From Prevotella sp. (lineage in GTDB: Bacteria; Bacteroidota; Bacteroidia; Bacteroidales; Bacteroidaceae), in assembly GCA_017561825.1 (NCBI GenBank), contig JAFZBK010000042.1, forward strand, positions 10,524-74,523: 64,000 nt of DNA, in the 5' to 3' direction. Positions 8,750-20,900 of this stretch are shown piece by piece (the stretch's first letter is position 1; each line of letters begins with the position of its first letter). Both the position numbers and the translations under genes were made by a program. The notes beneath the pieces are model-generated. The model was not told where the DNA came from. It ran no database searches and saw only the letters and a program-made list of their open reading frames with translations.

Positions 8750-10306
8750 ATGTTAGTAAAAACATTCTGTGCAGCCGTTAACGGCTTAGACGTTACTACC
8801 GTAACCATCGAAGTAAGCATGACAAGAGGAGTGCTCTATCATCTCACAGGACTGCCTGACAGTGCCGTGAAGGAGAGTCATGACCGCATAGCAGCTGCTT
8901 GTCAGAATATAGGATACAAATTCCCAGTGGCCGACATTACCGTAAATATGGCTCCCGCCGACCTCAGGAAGGAAGGCAGCGCCTACGACCTTCCTTTGGC
9001 CATTGCCATCCTTGCCGCCAACAACAAGGTGGAAAGCGGTCATCTCCACGAGTATATGCTGGTAGGAGAGTTAGGACTCGACGGTAAGTTGCAACCCATC
9101 CGAGGTGCTTTGCCCGTTGCCATCCGTGCCCGTGCTGAACAGTTCAAAGGACTGATCGTGCCGATACAGAACATCCGCGAGGCGGCGGTAGTGAACAACA
9201 TCTCCGTTTATGGCATGGAGAGTTTGATGGACGTTATACAGTTCTTCAACGGCTCAAAGTATTACGAGCCGACGGTCATCGATACACGGAAGGAGTTCTT
9301 TCAACAGCAGTATCATTTCGATCTGGATTTCTCTGATGTTCGCGGACAGGAGAATGTGAAACGTGCCATGGAAGTTGCCGCTGCTGGAGGACACAACCTG
9401 ATCATGATCGGACCGCCGGGAAGTGGTAAATCCATGATGGCCAAACGACTCCCCAGCATCCTTCCTCCACTATCGTTAGCAGAGAGTCTTGAGACTACCC
9501 AGATCCACAGCGTGGCAGGCAAGTTAGGACATGGCATGAGCCTCATCTCTCAACGGCCGTTTCGCTCCCCACACCACACCATCTCGCAAGTGGCACTCTG
9601 CGGAGGCGGTAACAATCCCCAGCCCGGTGAAATATCCTTGGCCCACAATGGAGTCCTCTTTCTGGACGAGATACCTGAACTGAGCAGATCCGTACTTGAA
9701 GTTCTGCGTCAGCCCTTGGAAGACCGAAAGATTACCATCAGCCGTGCCAAGTACAACGTGGAGTATCCCTGTTCCTTCATGCTCGTTGCCTCCATGAACC
9801 CCTGTCCTTGCGGCTATTACGGAGACGTCACCCACAACTGTGTCTGCACCCCAGGGCAGATCCAGCGGTATATGAACAAGATCAGCGGACCTTTACTCGA
9901 CCGTATAGATATCCAGTGCGAAATCCAGGCTGTTCCCTTTTCGGAACTGTCGCAGATGGAAGCTGGCGAGCCAAGCGAAAAGATACGCGAAAGGGTTATA
10001 AAGGCACGACAAATCCAAGAAGTTCGCTTTAAGGACTACAAGGGCATTCATTGTAATGCGCTGATGACCGAGCACATGCTTCACGAATATGCTGAGCCAG
10101 ATGCCGACAGTCTGAGTATGCTCCGCATGGCCATGGAGCGTCTGAAACTCAGTGCCCGTGCCTACAGTCGTATTCTAAAGGTGGCCCGCACCATTGCTGA
10201 TCTTGACGGCTCAGAGAATGTACAGAGTACGCATATCGGCGAGGCCATTGGCTACCGCAGTCTAGATAGAGGTGATTGGGCAGAACGTGGCATTACATGT
10301 GGATAA
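8750..10306 (+). CDS. comM: YifB/ComM family Mg-chelatase-like AAA+ ATPase
   Basis: GLPDSAVKES, NMAPADLRKEGSAYDL, GPPGSGKS, PFRSPHH, LAHNGVLFLDE, MNPCPCG. Confidence 0.9.
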   Translation: MLVKTFCAAVNGLDVTTVTIEVSMTRGVLYHLTGLPDSAVKESHDRIAAACQNIGYKFPVADITVNMAPADLRKEGSAYDLPLAIAILAANNKVESGHLHEYMLVGELGLDGKLQPIRGALPVAIRARAEQFKGLIVPIQNIREAAVVNNISVYGMESLMDVIQFFNGSKYYEPTVIDTRKEFFQQQYHFDLDFSDVRGQENVKRAMEVAAAGGHNLIMIGPPGSGKSMMAKRLPSILPPLSLAESLETTQIHSVAGKLGHGMSLISQRPFRSPHHTISQVALCGGGNNPQPGEISLAHNGVLFLDEIPELSRSVLEVLRQPLEDRKITISRAKYNVEYPCSFMLVASMNPCPCGYYGDVTHNCVCTPGQIQRYMNKISGPLLDRIDIQCEIQAVPFSELSQMEAGEPSEKIRERVIKARQIQEVRFKDYKGIHCNALMTEHMLHEYAEPDADSLSMLRMAMERLKLSARAYSRILKVARTIADLDGSENVQSTHIGEAIGYRSLDRGDWAERGITCG

Positions 10307-10339
10307 GTACAAATTATTTTGGCTTTTTCGTCGAATATT

Positions 10340-10422
10340 CGTAACTTTAACTACGTTGAAAGTACTCACGTTCGGAAAACTGCAAATAAATTTGCATTTT
10401 CGCTCACTTAATCGTACCTTTG
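10340..10422 (+). repeat. Promoter-carrying structured repeat, copy C, upstream of metG
   Basis: cgtaactttaactacgttgaaagtact identical to copy A; TTTG(10391-94)-N20-TACCTTTG(10415-22). Confidence 0.8.
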
Positions 10423-10440
10423 CACCCAAATTCAATAAAA

Positions 10441-12510
10441 ATGGAAGAGAACAAGAGATTCAAGCGCACGACGGTGACGTCGGCGCTACCATACGCCAAT
10501 GGTGGTGTGCATATCGGTCATCTGGCCGGTGTATATGTGCCTGCTGATATCTATGTGCGTTATTTACGACTGAAGAAGCGCGAAGTACTGTTTATCGGTG
10601 GTTCGGATGAGCATGGTGTGCCCATTACTATCCGTGCCCGTAAGGAAGGTATCACTCCGCAGGATGTTGTTGACCGTTACCACGAGATGATCAAGAAGAG
10701 TTTCGAGGAGTTCGGTATCTCATTCGATATCTATAGTCGTACCACCAGCGATACCCATCATAAGTTTGCTGCTGAGTGGTTCCGCAAACTTTACGATGAA
10801 GGAAAGCTGACAGAGGAGACTACCACCCAGCTTTACGATGAGGAAGCGAAACAGTTCCTGGCCGACCGCTATGTAACAGGCGAGTGTCCTCATTGTCATA
10901 ATGAGGGAGCCTATGGCGACCAGTGCGAGAAGTGTGGTCGTGACCTCTCTCCTACTGAGCTTATCAATCCTAAATCCACCATCTCTGGCTCTACTCCCGT
11001 CTTGAAGGAGACCAAGAACTGGTACCTCCCCCTGAACGAATATCAGGAGTGGCTGAAGCAGTGGATCCTCGAGGAGCATAAGGAATGGCGCCCGAATGTG
11101 TATGGACAGTGTAAGAGCTGGCTTGATATGGATCTGCAGCCCCGTGCCATGACACGAGATCTCGACTGGGGTATTCCCGTTCCTGTAGAAGGAGCTGACG
11201 GTAAGGTGCTCTATGTATGGTTCGATGCGCCCATCGGCTATGTATCGAACACCAAGGAGCTATGCGACCGCGAGCCTGAGAAATGGGGTTCATGGGAGAA
11301 ATGGTGGCAGGATGAAGATACGCGTTTGGTGCACTTCATCGGCAAGGATAATATCGTGTTCCACTGCATCATCTTCCCTGTGATGATGAAGGCTCACGGC
11401 AAGTATATCATGCCCGACAACGTGCCGGCTAACGAGTTCCTGAATCTGGAGAACGACAAGATCTCCACCTCTCGTAACTGGGCTGTATGGCTGCACGAGT
11501 ATCTGGTGGATATGCCTGGTAAGCAGGATGTGCTGCGCTATGTGCTGACCGCCAATGCCCCGGAGACCAAAGACAACAACTTCACTTGGAAGGACTTCCA
11601 AGACCGCAATAACAACGAGTTGGTTGCCGTATATGGTAACTTCGTGAACCGTGCTTTGCAGCTGACCAAGAAATACTGGAATGGTGTTGTTCCCGCTTGT
11701 GGCGAACTGACGGATGTTGACAAGCAGGCCTTGGCGGAATTCAAGGACGTGAAGGAGAAGGTTGAAGATCTCTTGGAGAAATTCAAGTTCCGCGATGCCC
11801 AGTTCGAGGCTATGAACCTGGCTCGTATCGGTAATAAGTATATTACGGATTGTGAGCCTTGGAAGGTTTGGAAAGTCGATCCGAAGCGTTGCGAGACCAT
11901 TCTGAATATCTGCTTGCAGTTGACAGCCAACCTCGCTATTGCATTCGAGCCGTTCCTGCCGTTCAGCAGTAAGAAACTTCGCGAGATGCTTCACATCGAT
12001 TCTTTCGAATGGGAGCAGTTAGGTAGCACAGATCTTCTGAAGGCTGGTCATCAGTTAGGCGAGCCCTCACTGCTTTTCGAGAAGATTGAGGATGAGACCA
12101 TCCAGAAGCAGCTCGACAAGCTGGAAGCTACCAAGAAAGCCAACGAGGCAGCAGCCTACAAGGCTGCACCCATCAAGGACAATGTGGATTTCGAGACCTT
12201 TGAGAAACTCGACATCCGTGTAGGTCTGGTAAAAGACTGCCAGAAGGTGAAGAAGTCGAAGAAACTGTTACAGTTCACCATCGATGATGGCTCTGGCACA
12301 GATCGCACCATCTGCTCAGGTATTGCCGCTTTCTACGAGAACCCAGAGGAACTTATCGGCAAGCGTATCCTCTTCGTGGCCAATTTCGAACCACGTAAGA
12401 TGATGGGCATTGAGAGTCAGGGAATGATCCTCTCAGCCGTCGATGCAGATGAGAGCCTCAGCGTGGTGACTACTACAAAGGACGTGAAACCAGGTAGTCA
12501 GGTTGGATAA
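10441..12510 (+). CDS. metG: Methionine--tRNA ligase
   Basis: ALPYANG..HIGH, Zn knuckle CPHC..CEKC, KISTS, C-terminal tRNA-binding domain. Confidence 0.97.
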   Translation: MEENKRFKRTTVTSALPYANGGVHIGHLAGVYVPADIYVRYLRLKKREVLFIGGSDEHGVPITIRARKEGITPQDVVDRYHEMIKKSFEEFGISFDIYSRTTSDTHHKFAAEWFRKLYDEGKLTEETTTQLYDEEAKQFLADRYVTGECPHCHNEGAYGDQCEKCGRDLSPTELINPKSTISGSTPVLKETKNWYLPLNEYQEWLKQWILEEHKEWRPNVYGQCKSWLDMDLQPRAMTRDLDWGIPVPVEGADGKVLYVWFDAPIGYVSNTKELCDREPEKWGSWEKWWQDEDTRLVHFIGKDNIVFHCIIFPVMMKAHGKYIMPDNVPANEFLNLENDKISTSRNWAVWLHEYLVDMPGKQDVLRYVLTANAPETKDNNFTWKDFQDRNNNELVAVYGNFVNRALQLTKKYWNGVVPACGELTDVDKQALAEFKDVKEKVEDLLEKFKFRDAQFEAMNLARIGNKYITDCEPWKVWKVDPKRCETILNICLQLTANLAIAFEPFLPFSSKKLREMLHIDSFEWEQLGSTDLLKAGHQLGEPSLLFEKIEDETIQKQLDKLEATKKANEAAAYKAAPIKDNVDFETFEKLDIRVGLVKDCQKVKKSKKLLQFTIDDGSGTDRTICSGIAAFYENPEELIGKRILFVANFEPRKMMGIESQGMILSAVDADESLSVVTTTKDVKPGSQVG

Positions 12511-12561
12511 TTCAACTATTGTATTCCTATAGTCATTGACTCTAGTTTTTATAAATAGAAT

Positions 12562-12585
12562 CAGGCTGCACTTACGTGCAGCCTG
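12562..12585. terminator. Intrinsic terminator hairpin
   Basis: caggctgcac-ttac-gtgcagcctg perfect 10-bp stem downstream of metG. Confidence 0.7.
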
Positions 12586-12838
12586 TTACTGTTTCCCTAC
12601 TACTTGAGTCTTTTTCAACCTGCAAAACTTTAACGACTGTGTCAATCATTCAGATAAACTGAAGATGACTATATATTGTAACTAGTTATGTGTTTCGTGT
12701 GCAAAGATATGGCATATTTTTCAATAGGCAGGTACTCAAATGTTTTCTTTTAGTAGTTAAAATGTTAAGTGGTTGTTTTTTTTGGTTTTTCGCTCGGTTA
12801 TTAGTACCTTTGTCGAACGAAAACAGCCTCTTTTGACT

Positions 12839-12910
12839 GGTCTAATAGTTCAATGGATAGAACAAGTCTCTCCTAAAGATTAGATCCGGGTTCGATTCCC
12901 GGTTGGACCA
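12839..12910 (+). tRNA. tRNA-Arg(CCT)
   Basis: GGTCTAA/TTGGACC acceptor, loop CTCCTAA, GGTTCGATTCC; TACCTTTG box upstream. Confidence 0.93.
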
Positions 12911-12932
12911 CAAACTACTAAACACTACCATT

Positions 12933-13721
12933 ATGTTAGGAGCCATTATCGGAGATATCGTAGGATCGCGTTTTGAATTCTCTGAGCCTCCCAAGCCCGG
13001 ATTCAAGTTATTTACGCCCGAATGTAGTTATACAGATGATACGATCTGTACAATTGCCATTGCTGATGCCATCATGAACGGTAAGAGTTACCGCGCCGCC
13101 CTTTTGGAGTGGTGCCGCCGCTATCCCCATCCCATGGGAAGTTATGGGGGAAGGTTCTATGAATGGATTAACAGCGACGATCCGCAGCCATACAACTCTT
13201 TTGGTAACGGATCAGCCATGCGTGTCAGTCCGGTGGCATGGCTCTTCGATGATTACGAAGATGTTCAGGAACAGGCGCGTCTTACTGCCATGCCCTCACA
13301 CAACCATCCTGAAGGCATCAAGGGAGCAGAGTGTATAGCCACCCTTTGCTACTGGCTGCGCACTTGCAGAATCACCAAAGACGAGGTGGAACGCAAGGTG
13401 GAGAAGAAATGGGGATACGAGATCCTGTCGTTGCGTGACATCTATAAGATCGGCAGTGAGAACCATTTTGACGTCACCTGCATGGAAACAGTCCCCATGG
13501 CTATCCGTTGTTTCCTGGAGAGTCAGAACTTTGAAGACGCCATCCGCATAGCAGTCCTTGCAGATGGTGATACCGACACGAAGGCAAACATCACAGGTGC
13601 CTTGGCCGAATCGTTCTACGAAGTACCGGAACAGTTGATCGAGCAAGCCTTTGAATACTTGCCAAGTGAGATGTTGGACATTATCACGCAGTTCTACCAG
13701 CGTATCGGAGAACAAATCTAA
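12933..13721 (+). CDS. ADP-ribosylglycohydrolase family protein
   Basis: MLGAIIGDIVGS, YTDDT, SFGNGSAMRVSP, GDTDT motifs. Confidence 0.92.
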   Translation: MLGAIIGDIVGSRFEFSEPPKPGFKLFTPECSYTDDTICTIAIADAIMNGKSYRAALLEWCRRYPHPMGSYGGRFYEWINSDDPQPYNSFGNGSAMRVSPVAWLFDDYEDVQEQARLTAMPSHNHPEGIKGAECIATLCYWLRTCRITKDEVERKVEKKWGYEILSLRDIYKIGSENHFDVTCMETVPMAIRCFLESQNFEDAIRIAVLADGDTDTKANITGALAESFYEVPEQLIEQAFEYLPSEMLDIITQFYQRIGEQI

Positions 13722-13724
13722 ACA

Positions 13725-16376
13725 TCAGGACTCTTTGAAGAAGGAACGGATGGAACGAAGATAGGGAGTGATTTCCCGTGCCATTATCCTGCCCCATGGC
13801 GACACATACTGACGTGAATAGGTGATGGTGAGTCGTTTCTTGGCTCGTGAGATGGCTACATAGAATTTTCGTGCTTCCTCTCCCTGAATGGCGATTTCAT
13901 CGGCATAATAGCTGGGGAACTTCCCTTTTACGGCATCATACACGATGACATTGTCGAATTCCAAGCCCTTTGCCTTATGGACTGTGGAGACAAAGACCCG
14001 TTCGCGCATGCTCTTGCTACCACAGAGATCAGCTTCCTTCATGGTATTAATCTCCTGCAGATGTGCTGATAGCTGTTCGTACAACGACTCTTCCCCTTGA
14101 AGCATGTCCTCAGCGAAATAATCCAGGATGTAGGGCAGTTTGGGAATCTCACCAATTCTTCTGATCTCACGTAATTGTTCAAAGACATACTGCATCTCAT
14201 GTACCAGATGGGACGCTTCGTCTCTTTGGAACAACAGCTGACAGGTATGCGAATAGATCGGTCCATAGAGATTACGCAGACGGGCGGTCACAGTGGCATA
14301 ACGATGAAGGAATGCCAATTGCTCCTCAATCAACAGCTTTCCCCTACGGTAGCACTCATTCACTACGCTTAACGTAGCAAGGATGTCATCGTTTGCCAAG
14401 TGCGAGTTTTCTCCTTCCAGATGAAGGGTTGTCAGCAGGTTCTTCAGTTTGTAACTCTTCAGTTGCGGAGCCACCAGATGCATCAGTTTCAGGGAATCAT
14501 AGTAATGAGGCCATAGTTGTTCCATCCTACAACCCTGACAATACCGTTGCATATTGTGGTCCATGATCTGGTAGTCGTAATTTACGTTATGACCTAAGAG
14601 TATACTTCCTGCCGCAAACTCCGCAAAACGGGCCATTGCCTCACGATGACTCAGATGCTCATGACTGGCATATTCTTCAACTAACGGATTAACGGTATCG
14701 CCCAACATGGCGGGAATCTCACGGTCGGTTTCGATAAACAGATTGAGTTCTCCTGTTACTTCACCGTCTTTTACCTTGATGGCAGCAATCTGCACCACAT
14801 CATCTTCAAAGATGTTCAGACCAGTAGTCTCCGTATCGAAGATCACAAACTCCCGTTGGGTATAGTTCTTCAGAAACTCATTCAGATAGGAAGAGCCATC
14901 ATACTCCAAGAAATCTACAGGTGAAAGCGCGTGGTTCATCACCTCATGGGCAAACTGTCGTGCTGCCGAATGACTGCCGAAGAGTTTCAGTCCTGTGAAG
15001 ATCCGTGCCCAGGCAATGAAGTTATTCTCCTGCATCACCACATTGAAATGGGAAAGTAGCAGACGCACATCCGGTGTACTGAAGACATCGATGCCGGAGA
15101 TCTTGAAATGGGGCACGCGCAACATATTGCTCACCTCATCGGCATCCGCATTAAAGGCCACCACAACAGCAATCGTCTCGTCAGGACTTTCCTTATATAA
15201 CTGCTCTACTCTTCGAGCCACTTCATGACACGAATTGATCGTGTTCTCGTTCTCCACCAATACTACTTGATTGGTTACTTCCTCCTTGGCACCATCTTCC
15301 TCGTACGAGCGAGGCAACAAATCCTTGGCAATACCCAACTGCTGCTCGCCATAGGTGTTATAGATATCCAACAAGTACTTCGGAGAACGGTAGTTGACAT
15401 AGAAGTTATGCAGTCCTGTGGTTCCACATCGCTGCCTCAGCATGTTCAAAGTATCGAGCTTGGCCCCCATGAAAGAAAAGATAGCCTGCTGTGCATCACC
15501 CAGATATACCACCGTGGCATTCTCTGCAGTAAACAGATCAATGATCGCCAGCTGCAAAGGATTCAAGTCCTGCACTTCATCCACCTGTATCCAACGGAAC
15601 TTCTTCAGTGGCTGTTCTTCTTCTGAATCCTGTTTACGTGCGGTCACCTCATCATAGGTTGTGAGCAGCAGATCCTCAAAATCGAGCAGATCATGCTCCC
15701 GTTTGTACGTTTCATAGCACCAGGCAGCATACAACGCCTTGACAAGCGCCTGGGCCTCAGCACTCATGTATATCGGCTGACTGGCGTAATGTTCGATATG
15801 CTCATACAGTTCAATGACTGAATCCTGAGAATACGACAAGCTGAAATCCGTACACAGCTCTCGCAAAGCCATGGGGGAAAGGGCATCACGGTGAATCATC
15901 AGATCACTGGGATAATGCTTGCGACACTGGTACATCAGATGCTGAAGGTTCATCACCTGAGCATATCGCTGTCGTTGTTTATTGTCACCTAAGACATGCA
16001 ACTCATCCTCTCCCATGTAGTCGGCAATGATGCTGATGGACATGTCGTTGTCGATAATGGTGGTGCTCTCAGCCACTAACTGGTTGGAAAACAGGAACTG
16101 CGAACAGAAACGATGGACATTTCCGACAAACAGCTGACTGGTATCCAAAGGACCTACCGATGCTTCTATCCGCTCCTTCATGCCCCGCGAGGCCCTGTTC
16201 GTGAAAGTAAGACAAGCCATATCCTCAAAGGGTACGCCACGTTGATGGGCTCGAAGGATACGCTCCGCCAATACGGCCGTCTTTCCGCACCCTGGAGGAG
16301 CCAAGACCAAATGATAACCGCCCGTGGCCTCTATCACGGCCAACTGTTCCTCATTGAATTGTTTCTGGTTTTCCAT
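13725..16376 (-). CDS. UvrD/Rep-like SF1 helicase with inserted DEDDh 3'-5' exonuclease domain
   Basis: APPGCGKT, LTFTNRA, VDEVQD, GDAQQAIFSF, NYRS, STVHKAKGLEFD, YVAISRAK; exonuclease FDTETTG..GHNVNYD..SHLANDD. Confidence 0.9.
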   Translation of the reverse strand: MENQKQFNEEQLAVIEATGGYHLVLAPPGCGKTAVLAERILRAHQRGVPFEDMACLTFTNRASRGMKERIEASVGPLDTSQLFVGNVHRFCSQFLFSNQLVAESTTIIDNDMSISIIADYMGEDELHVLGDNKQRQRYAQVMNLQHLMYQCRKHYPSDLMIHRDALSPMALRELCTDFSLSYSQDSVIELYEHIEHYASQPIYMSAEAQALVKALYAAWCYETYKREHDLLDFEDLLLTTYDEVTARKQDSEEEQPLKKFRWIQVDEVQDLNPLQLAIIDLFTAENATVVYLGDAQQAIFSFMGAKLDTLNMLRQRCGTTGLHNFYVNYRSPKYLLDIYNTYGEQQLGIAKDLLPRSYEEDGAKEEVTNQVVLVENENTINSCHEVARRVEQLYKESPDETIAVVVAFNADADEVSNMLRVPHFKISGIDVFSTPDVRLLLSHFNVVMQENNFIAWARIFTGLKLFGSHSAARQFAHEVMNHALSPVDFLEYDGSSYLNEFLKNYTQREFVIFDTETTGLNIFEDDVVQIAAIKVKDGEVTGELNLFIETDREIPAMLGDTVNPLVEEYASHEHLSHREAMARFAEFAAGSILLGHNVNYDYQIMDHNMQRYCQGCRMEQLWPHYYDSLKLMHLVAPQLKSYKLKNLLTTLHLEGENSHLANDDILATLSVVNECYRRGKLLIEEQLAFLHRYATVTARLRNLYGPIYSHTCQLLFQRDEASHLVHEMQYVFEQLREIRRIGEIPKLPYILDYFAEDMLQGEESLYEQLSAHLQEINTMKEADLCGSKSMRERVFVSTVHKAKGLEFDNVIVYDAVKGKFPSYYADEIAIQGEEARKFYVAISRAKKRLTITYSRQYVSPWGRIMAREITPYLRSIRSFFKES

Positions 16377-16380
16377 ATTA

Positions 16381-17784
16381 TTATTCTGATTGTGTTTGAC
16401 GATGAACAAGACCCTTCATCCAATTGCCGCGGAACATGCGCCACAAGAAGAGGATGCCCCTGAAGGTTAACTCTATGGCCATGGCCGTCCATACACCCCG
16501 TAAGCCATAGTCCTTGGCCAGCCATGCCGCCAAGGTGAGTCGTACCAGCCACATGGAACAGAGGTTCATAACTGCAGGACGCAACGTATCGCCTGCTCCT
16601 ACAAAGACGCTATAGCATACAATGGAGGCTGCAAACATCGGCTCTGCAAAGGCCTCGATGCGCAAAACGGATGCGCCAAGATCTACGATCTCCTGTACAG
16701 GAGTCATCAATGCCATCAATTGGGGAGCTAAGAGATACATGATAGTACCCATCAATGCCATGACCAGCATTCCTGAGAACACCGTCATCCTGGCAAAACT
16801 CCTGCACAACTCCCTTCGTCCTGCCCCCATACTCTGTCCGACAAGTGTCGTGGCCGCCTCACCCAGTCCGTAGCCTGGCATATAACACAAGCTCTCTGCT
16901 GTGATAGCAAAGGTGTTGGCGGCAATGGCGATATTCCCCAAAGGAGCGACAATCATTGTACTCACGATCTGTGCACCACTCATCAAGATACTCTGTGCTG
17001 CCATCGGCAGACTGATGTGCAAGGCGTTGCGGATATAGTCCCAGTTGAAGTATTTGACTAAGATTCTCTCTTTCACCAAGGCCAGTTTATCGCTCTTAAC
17101 GATGGCATAATAGGTCTGTACACTTCCCACGATAATGATGGAAAGGGCTGTTCCCATGGCCACACCGAGAACGCCGAGATGAAAGATAAAGATTAAAATG
17201 AAATTGAACGTCACGTCCAACACGCACATGATGATACTCAACATACTCGGAATGCGCATGTTTCCGGCACATTTCAGCATACCGCCCGACAGTCCGAATA
17301 GTTGGAAGAAAGGTATTGCCAGCATGAACACAGAGATATAGGTGGTAGCATCGCCAGCTATATCAGCCCCACCACCCAGCCAATAGGGTAAACGAGGTGC
17401 TATAAGGAGACCTGCCACCATGATGCACAAACTGAAAACCAGCGTACACAACAGTCCATGTCGAAACACATCTCGCGCCTTATCGAAATCGTTTGCCCCA
17501 ATGAAATGAGCTACCTGTACGGAGAAGCCCATCGAGGCAGCACCCGTCATACTACCGCAAAGCCATGTGCTCGACTCCACCAAACCGCACGCGGCAGCTG
17601 CCTCCACGCTGATTCGTCCTACCATGGCCTGATCGATGAAGAACATCATGACACTGGTAATCTGAGCCAGAATGGAAGGAATACTCAATTGAACGATCAG
17701 ATTGAGCTTCTGACCGCCCGTCATCGACTGTCCATTACGGATCAGTTCCAACAGCGCCTCGCTTTTCTTTACGGATAAAGACAT
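16381..17784 (-). CDS. MATE family efflux transporter
   Basis: About 12 TM segments, FFIDQAMVGR, duplicated MATE halves; start ATG 17784. Confidence 0.92.
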   Translation of the reverse strand: MSLSVKKSEALLELIRNGQSMTGGQKLNLIVQLSIPSILAQITSVMMFFIDQAMVGRISVEAAAACGLVESSTWLCGSMTGAASMGFSVQVAHFIGANDFDKARDVFRHGLLCTLVFSLCIMVAGLLIAPRLPYWLGGGADIAGDATTYISVFMLAIPFFQLFGLSGGMLKCAGNMRIPSMLSIIMCVLDVTFNFILIFIFHLGVLGVAMGTALSIIIVGSVQTYYAIVKSDKLALVKERILVKYFNWDYIRNALHISLPMAAQSILMSGAQIVSTMIVAPLGNIAIAANTFAITAESLCYMPGYGLGEAATTLVGQSMGAGRRELCRSFARMTVFSGMLVMALMGTIMYLLAPQLMALMTPVQEIVDLGASVLRIEAFAEPMFAASIVCYSVFVGAGDTLRPAVMNLCSMWLVRLTLAAWLAKDYGLRGVWTAMAIELTFRGILFLWRMFRGNWMKGLVHRQTQSE

Positions 17785-17791
17785 AGGGTGA

Positions 17792-17903
17792 CAAAGATAC
17801 GAAAAATCGAGCGCAGGACAAAAGAAACGAGTTCCTTTTTTTGTTGAAGAGAATAAGTTTCCTTGAGCAAAGCGAAAAACTTCGTAAGTTTGGGACAAAG
17901 TTA
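17792..17903 (-). repeat. Promoter-carrying structured repeat, copy E (diverged), upstream of MATE
   Basis: Minus strand: TAACTTTG...gaaacttat..caaaaaaggaactcgtttcttttg..gcgctcgatttttcgTATCTTTG. Confidence 0.6.
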
Positions 17904-17972
17904 TGAAAATGTTCAGTATTTTTTTTGTATCTTTGCAATGTCATTCAAATACTAACTAAAGAAAGAACGGAT

Positions 17973-20900
17973 ATGAAACAAATTACCTTAACCTTTATTT
18001 TGACACTCATAGGAGTCTTTACAAGTGTCAGTTTGCATGCCGACGATAAGCAATCCGGTAACGATTCAGATCGCATCAGTGTGAACACAGCCTGCGAAAA
18101 TGCCCAGAAGTTTATCAACTCTCTTAAAGCAACAGGACATCAAGGAATACGTAAGGCACCAATGAAACAAGCAGACCTCACATTGTGCGCTGAACGACCG
18201 AACATGTATATTTTCAATGTAGGAACATCAGAGGGTTTCGTGGTAGCTTCGGCTTGTGGTGCAACACGTCCCATCCTCTGTTATAGCACCGATGGACAAT
18301 GGGATGATAATAGTATGCAACAGGCATTAGGATGGCTTTTTGAGCAATATGATACAGAAATAGCCAACATCAAGAAAAATAGAGCCAGAGCCGCCAACGG
18401 CAGCATTAGCAAGATTCCCATAGATCCGCTGATCAAGACAAGGTGGCATCAGGATGCACCATATAACAACAAACTGACTGCTTTCTCTTGGGACGGCAAT
18501 ACTTATCATGTCAAGACGGGCTGCGTGGCAACAGCCATGGCTCAAATCATGAACTACCACCAATGGCCCAAGACCATCAAGCAGACTATACCTGCAGTGA
18601 ACCACGGACAGGTGATCGGCGAGGATGCAACTGAAGTTATAGTAAACGAAGTTCCTGCAGGAACGGAAATCGATTGGAAGCACATGAATGCTGAAAGTAT
18701 CTGGACAGACAGCGATCCAGCTATCATCAATGCTATATCTAGCCTGATGAGCTATTGTGGCACCGCCGTCAGAATGTATTACGGTGAGTTTGATTCCTCG
18801 TCACACAATCTTAGCGCAATGTATGCATTAAAGCATTATTTTGACTACGATCCCACGATCTATATCGCTGACCGCTCGAATTTCTCCTATTACGATTGGT
18901 GTAACATGCTCTACGACGAGTTGCGTGCAGGTCGCCCTATCCTTTACAACGGACAGAGTAACTATGGCGGACACTCGTTCATCATCGATGGCTATGACGG
19001 GAATGAAATGTTTCACTTTAATCTCGGATGGAATCTAAAAACATCTGTCTATGCCATTCTAAGCAGCGTGGGCCACGACTCTGCCATCGACAATCCCGAC
19101 GCATATGATAGTCCTGATGGCTATGTCTTTCACCAGACAGCCGTTATGAACATTCAGAAATCGGGACTGAGCACAGGCACCTATCACGTGTCGCTGACCA
19201 GCAACTACTACTTTCAGTCGGAGAATTCCGTCTCTTGTACCTATTTTAATAATGAGGATGAAGGCTACACCTTCGATTTGGGAATAGGCTATCGCGACAA
19301 CGACGGCAATATTCAGGTAGCGAAAGCCATTGAAGGCGTGAACATTGCGGCAGCATCTTCTAATACTCAACAATACAAGGCTTCATCACTCAACATGGCC
19401 AAAGGAACTTATCATTTACTGCCTATCGCACGTCTTAGCGGAGGCTTGTCTGAATGGCAATTTGTTTCCAATGAACTTGACTATCAAGTTGCAAAGGTAT
19501 CCTCCAAAGGTAAGGTAACCTTTACAGAACACAAACGGTTAGCTAATCTAACTGCAGAAGCGATGACCTTCAGCGGACATCCATATGCAGGTCAGGAACT
19601 CTATGTGTTTTGCAACATCAAAAACAATGGTGAAGAAGACTTCTTTGACAAACTCTATTTTTTCTGGAATGATAATCCTGCCAACAAAGGCATTGATGCA
19701 GGACACTATCTGCTCTGGTCGCACGCCACCGTCAATGCTGGTGGCACTGCTCCTGTGGAGTTTTATTTCACGCCCGAACGTGCCGGTGATTATACCGTGT
19801 GGGTGACCACCGATGCTGCAGGAGAGAACGTAGTGGCCCAGGCAGAAGTGACAGTGGGGAAGAAGATGCCTTATCAAGTGAACAACGACACGCCTATCAC
19901 ACTATCGAATATCAAGGTGGCCAATCTTCAGAATGGCGTTATCTTAGGTAATGATGTAGTGGTTGATTTTGATGCAACCAATACCAGCAAAAAAGACTAT
20001 TACTATGGATTTGTGGATATAGGTGTCATCTTATACCATGACGGTTATTCTCAAAATGAACTCTATCCAGATGGTATTATCAAGAGTTACGAGATAGCAC
20101 CTGGTCAGACACGTCATTTCCAGTTTGGCATTCCAAACGTACAGCCTGATTACGACGTCAGTATTAAACTGTTAATAGGAAGTTGGGATGCATCTTACAC
20201 TTCCGACATATACAAAATGGAACAGGCTGTTTTAGCCTATACTCCCGATGGCGTGAAAACACCTGTCAAGGCTGCCGCTTCTTTTACCGTTCCTAAATCG
20301 GCAGGAGCCGTTGACCTCACCATGGTGGCGCAAAAGGTGAAAAAGGTGGTCCCCAACAGTAATCCCAATACCATCTATTATCTCAATGATGGCGATGCAA
20401 TACCCGAAGGACTCGAAAACCACAATATTGTCTTTGGCGACCATTCCGACAACATCGTCCTCGATGGAACCTACGGCGTGGCTGTTCCCAAACAGTTCAC
20501 CGCCCGTTCGGCAAGCTTCACCAAGCAACTGAAGAAAGGAAAGTGGAGCACAATTTGTCTACCCTTTAGTTCCAGCCTCTCCAACAAACAATTGGAGATT
20601 GCCGTTGTCACTGACGAGGATGTCAGCCATATCCACACCAATCCCACCAAATGGTTTAATGCCTATCAAACTTGCTTTATCAGGAGTAAGAAAGATGGAG
20701 CTCAAACACTTTCTGGAAGTAATGTACTGTTTCCCAAGCAAAACAATGCCATCGTCACTTTAAACAACTATAAGGCACAGGGAGTCATGGGACAAACCAC
20801 CGTCAAGAAAGTCTATGTACTCAATGACGACGGAACAGCTTTGTCACTTAAGTCATCTGTTAAGATGGAACCCTTCACCTCGTTCTTTGTCGTTTCCAAA

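Noticed and set aside
8750-10306. comM as an integration hotspot
   Set aside because: The gene is intact, with no inserted element.
12781-12813. Seventh locus of the promoter element before tRNA-Arg
   Set aside because: Only the 3' tail (tttcgctcg..tacctttg) resembles it; the hairpins are missing, so it cannot be distinguished from an ordinary promoter.
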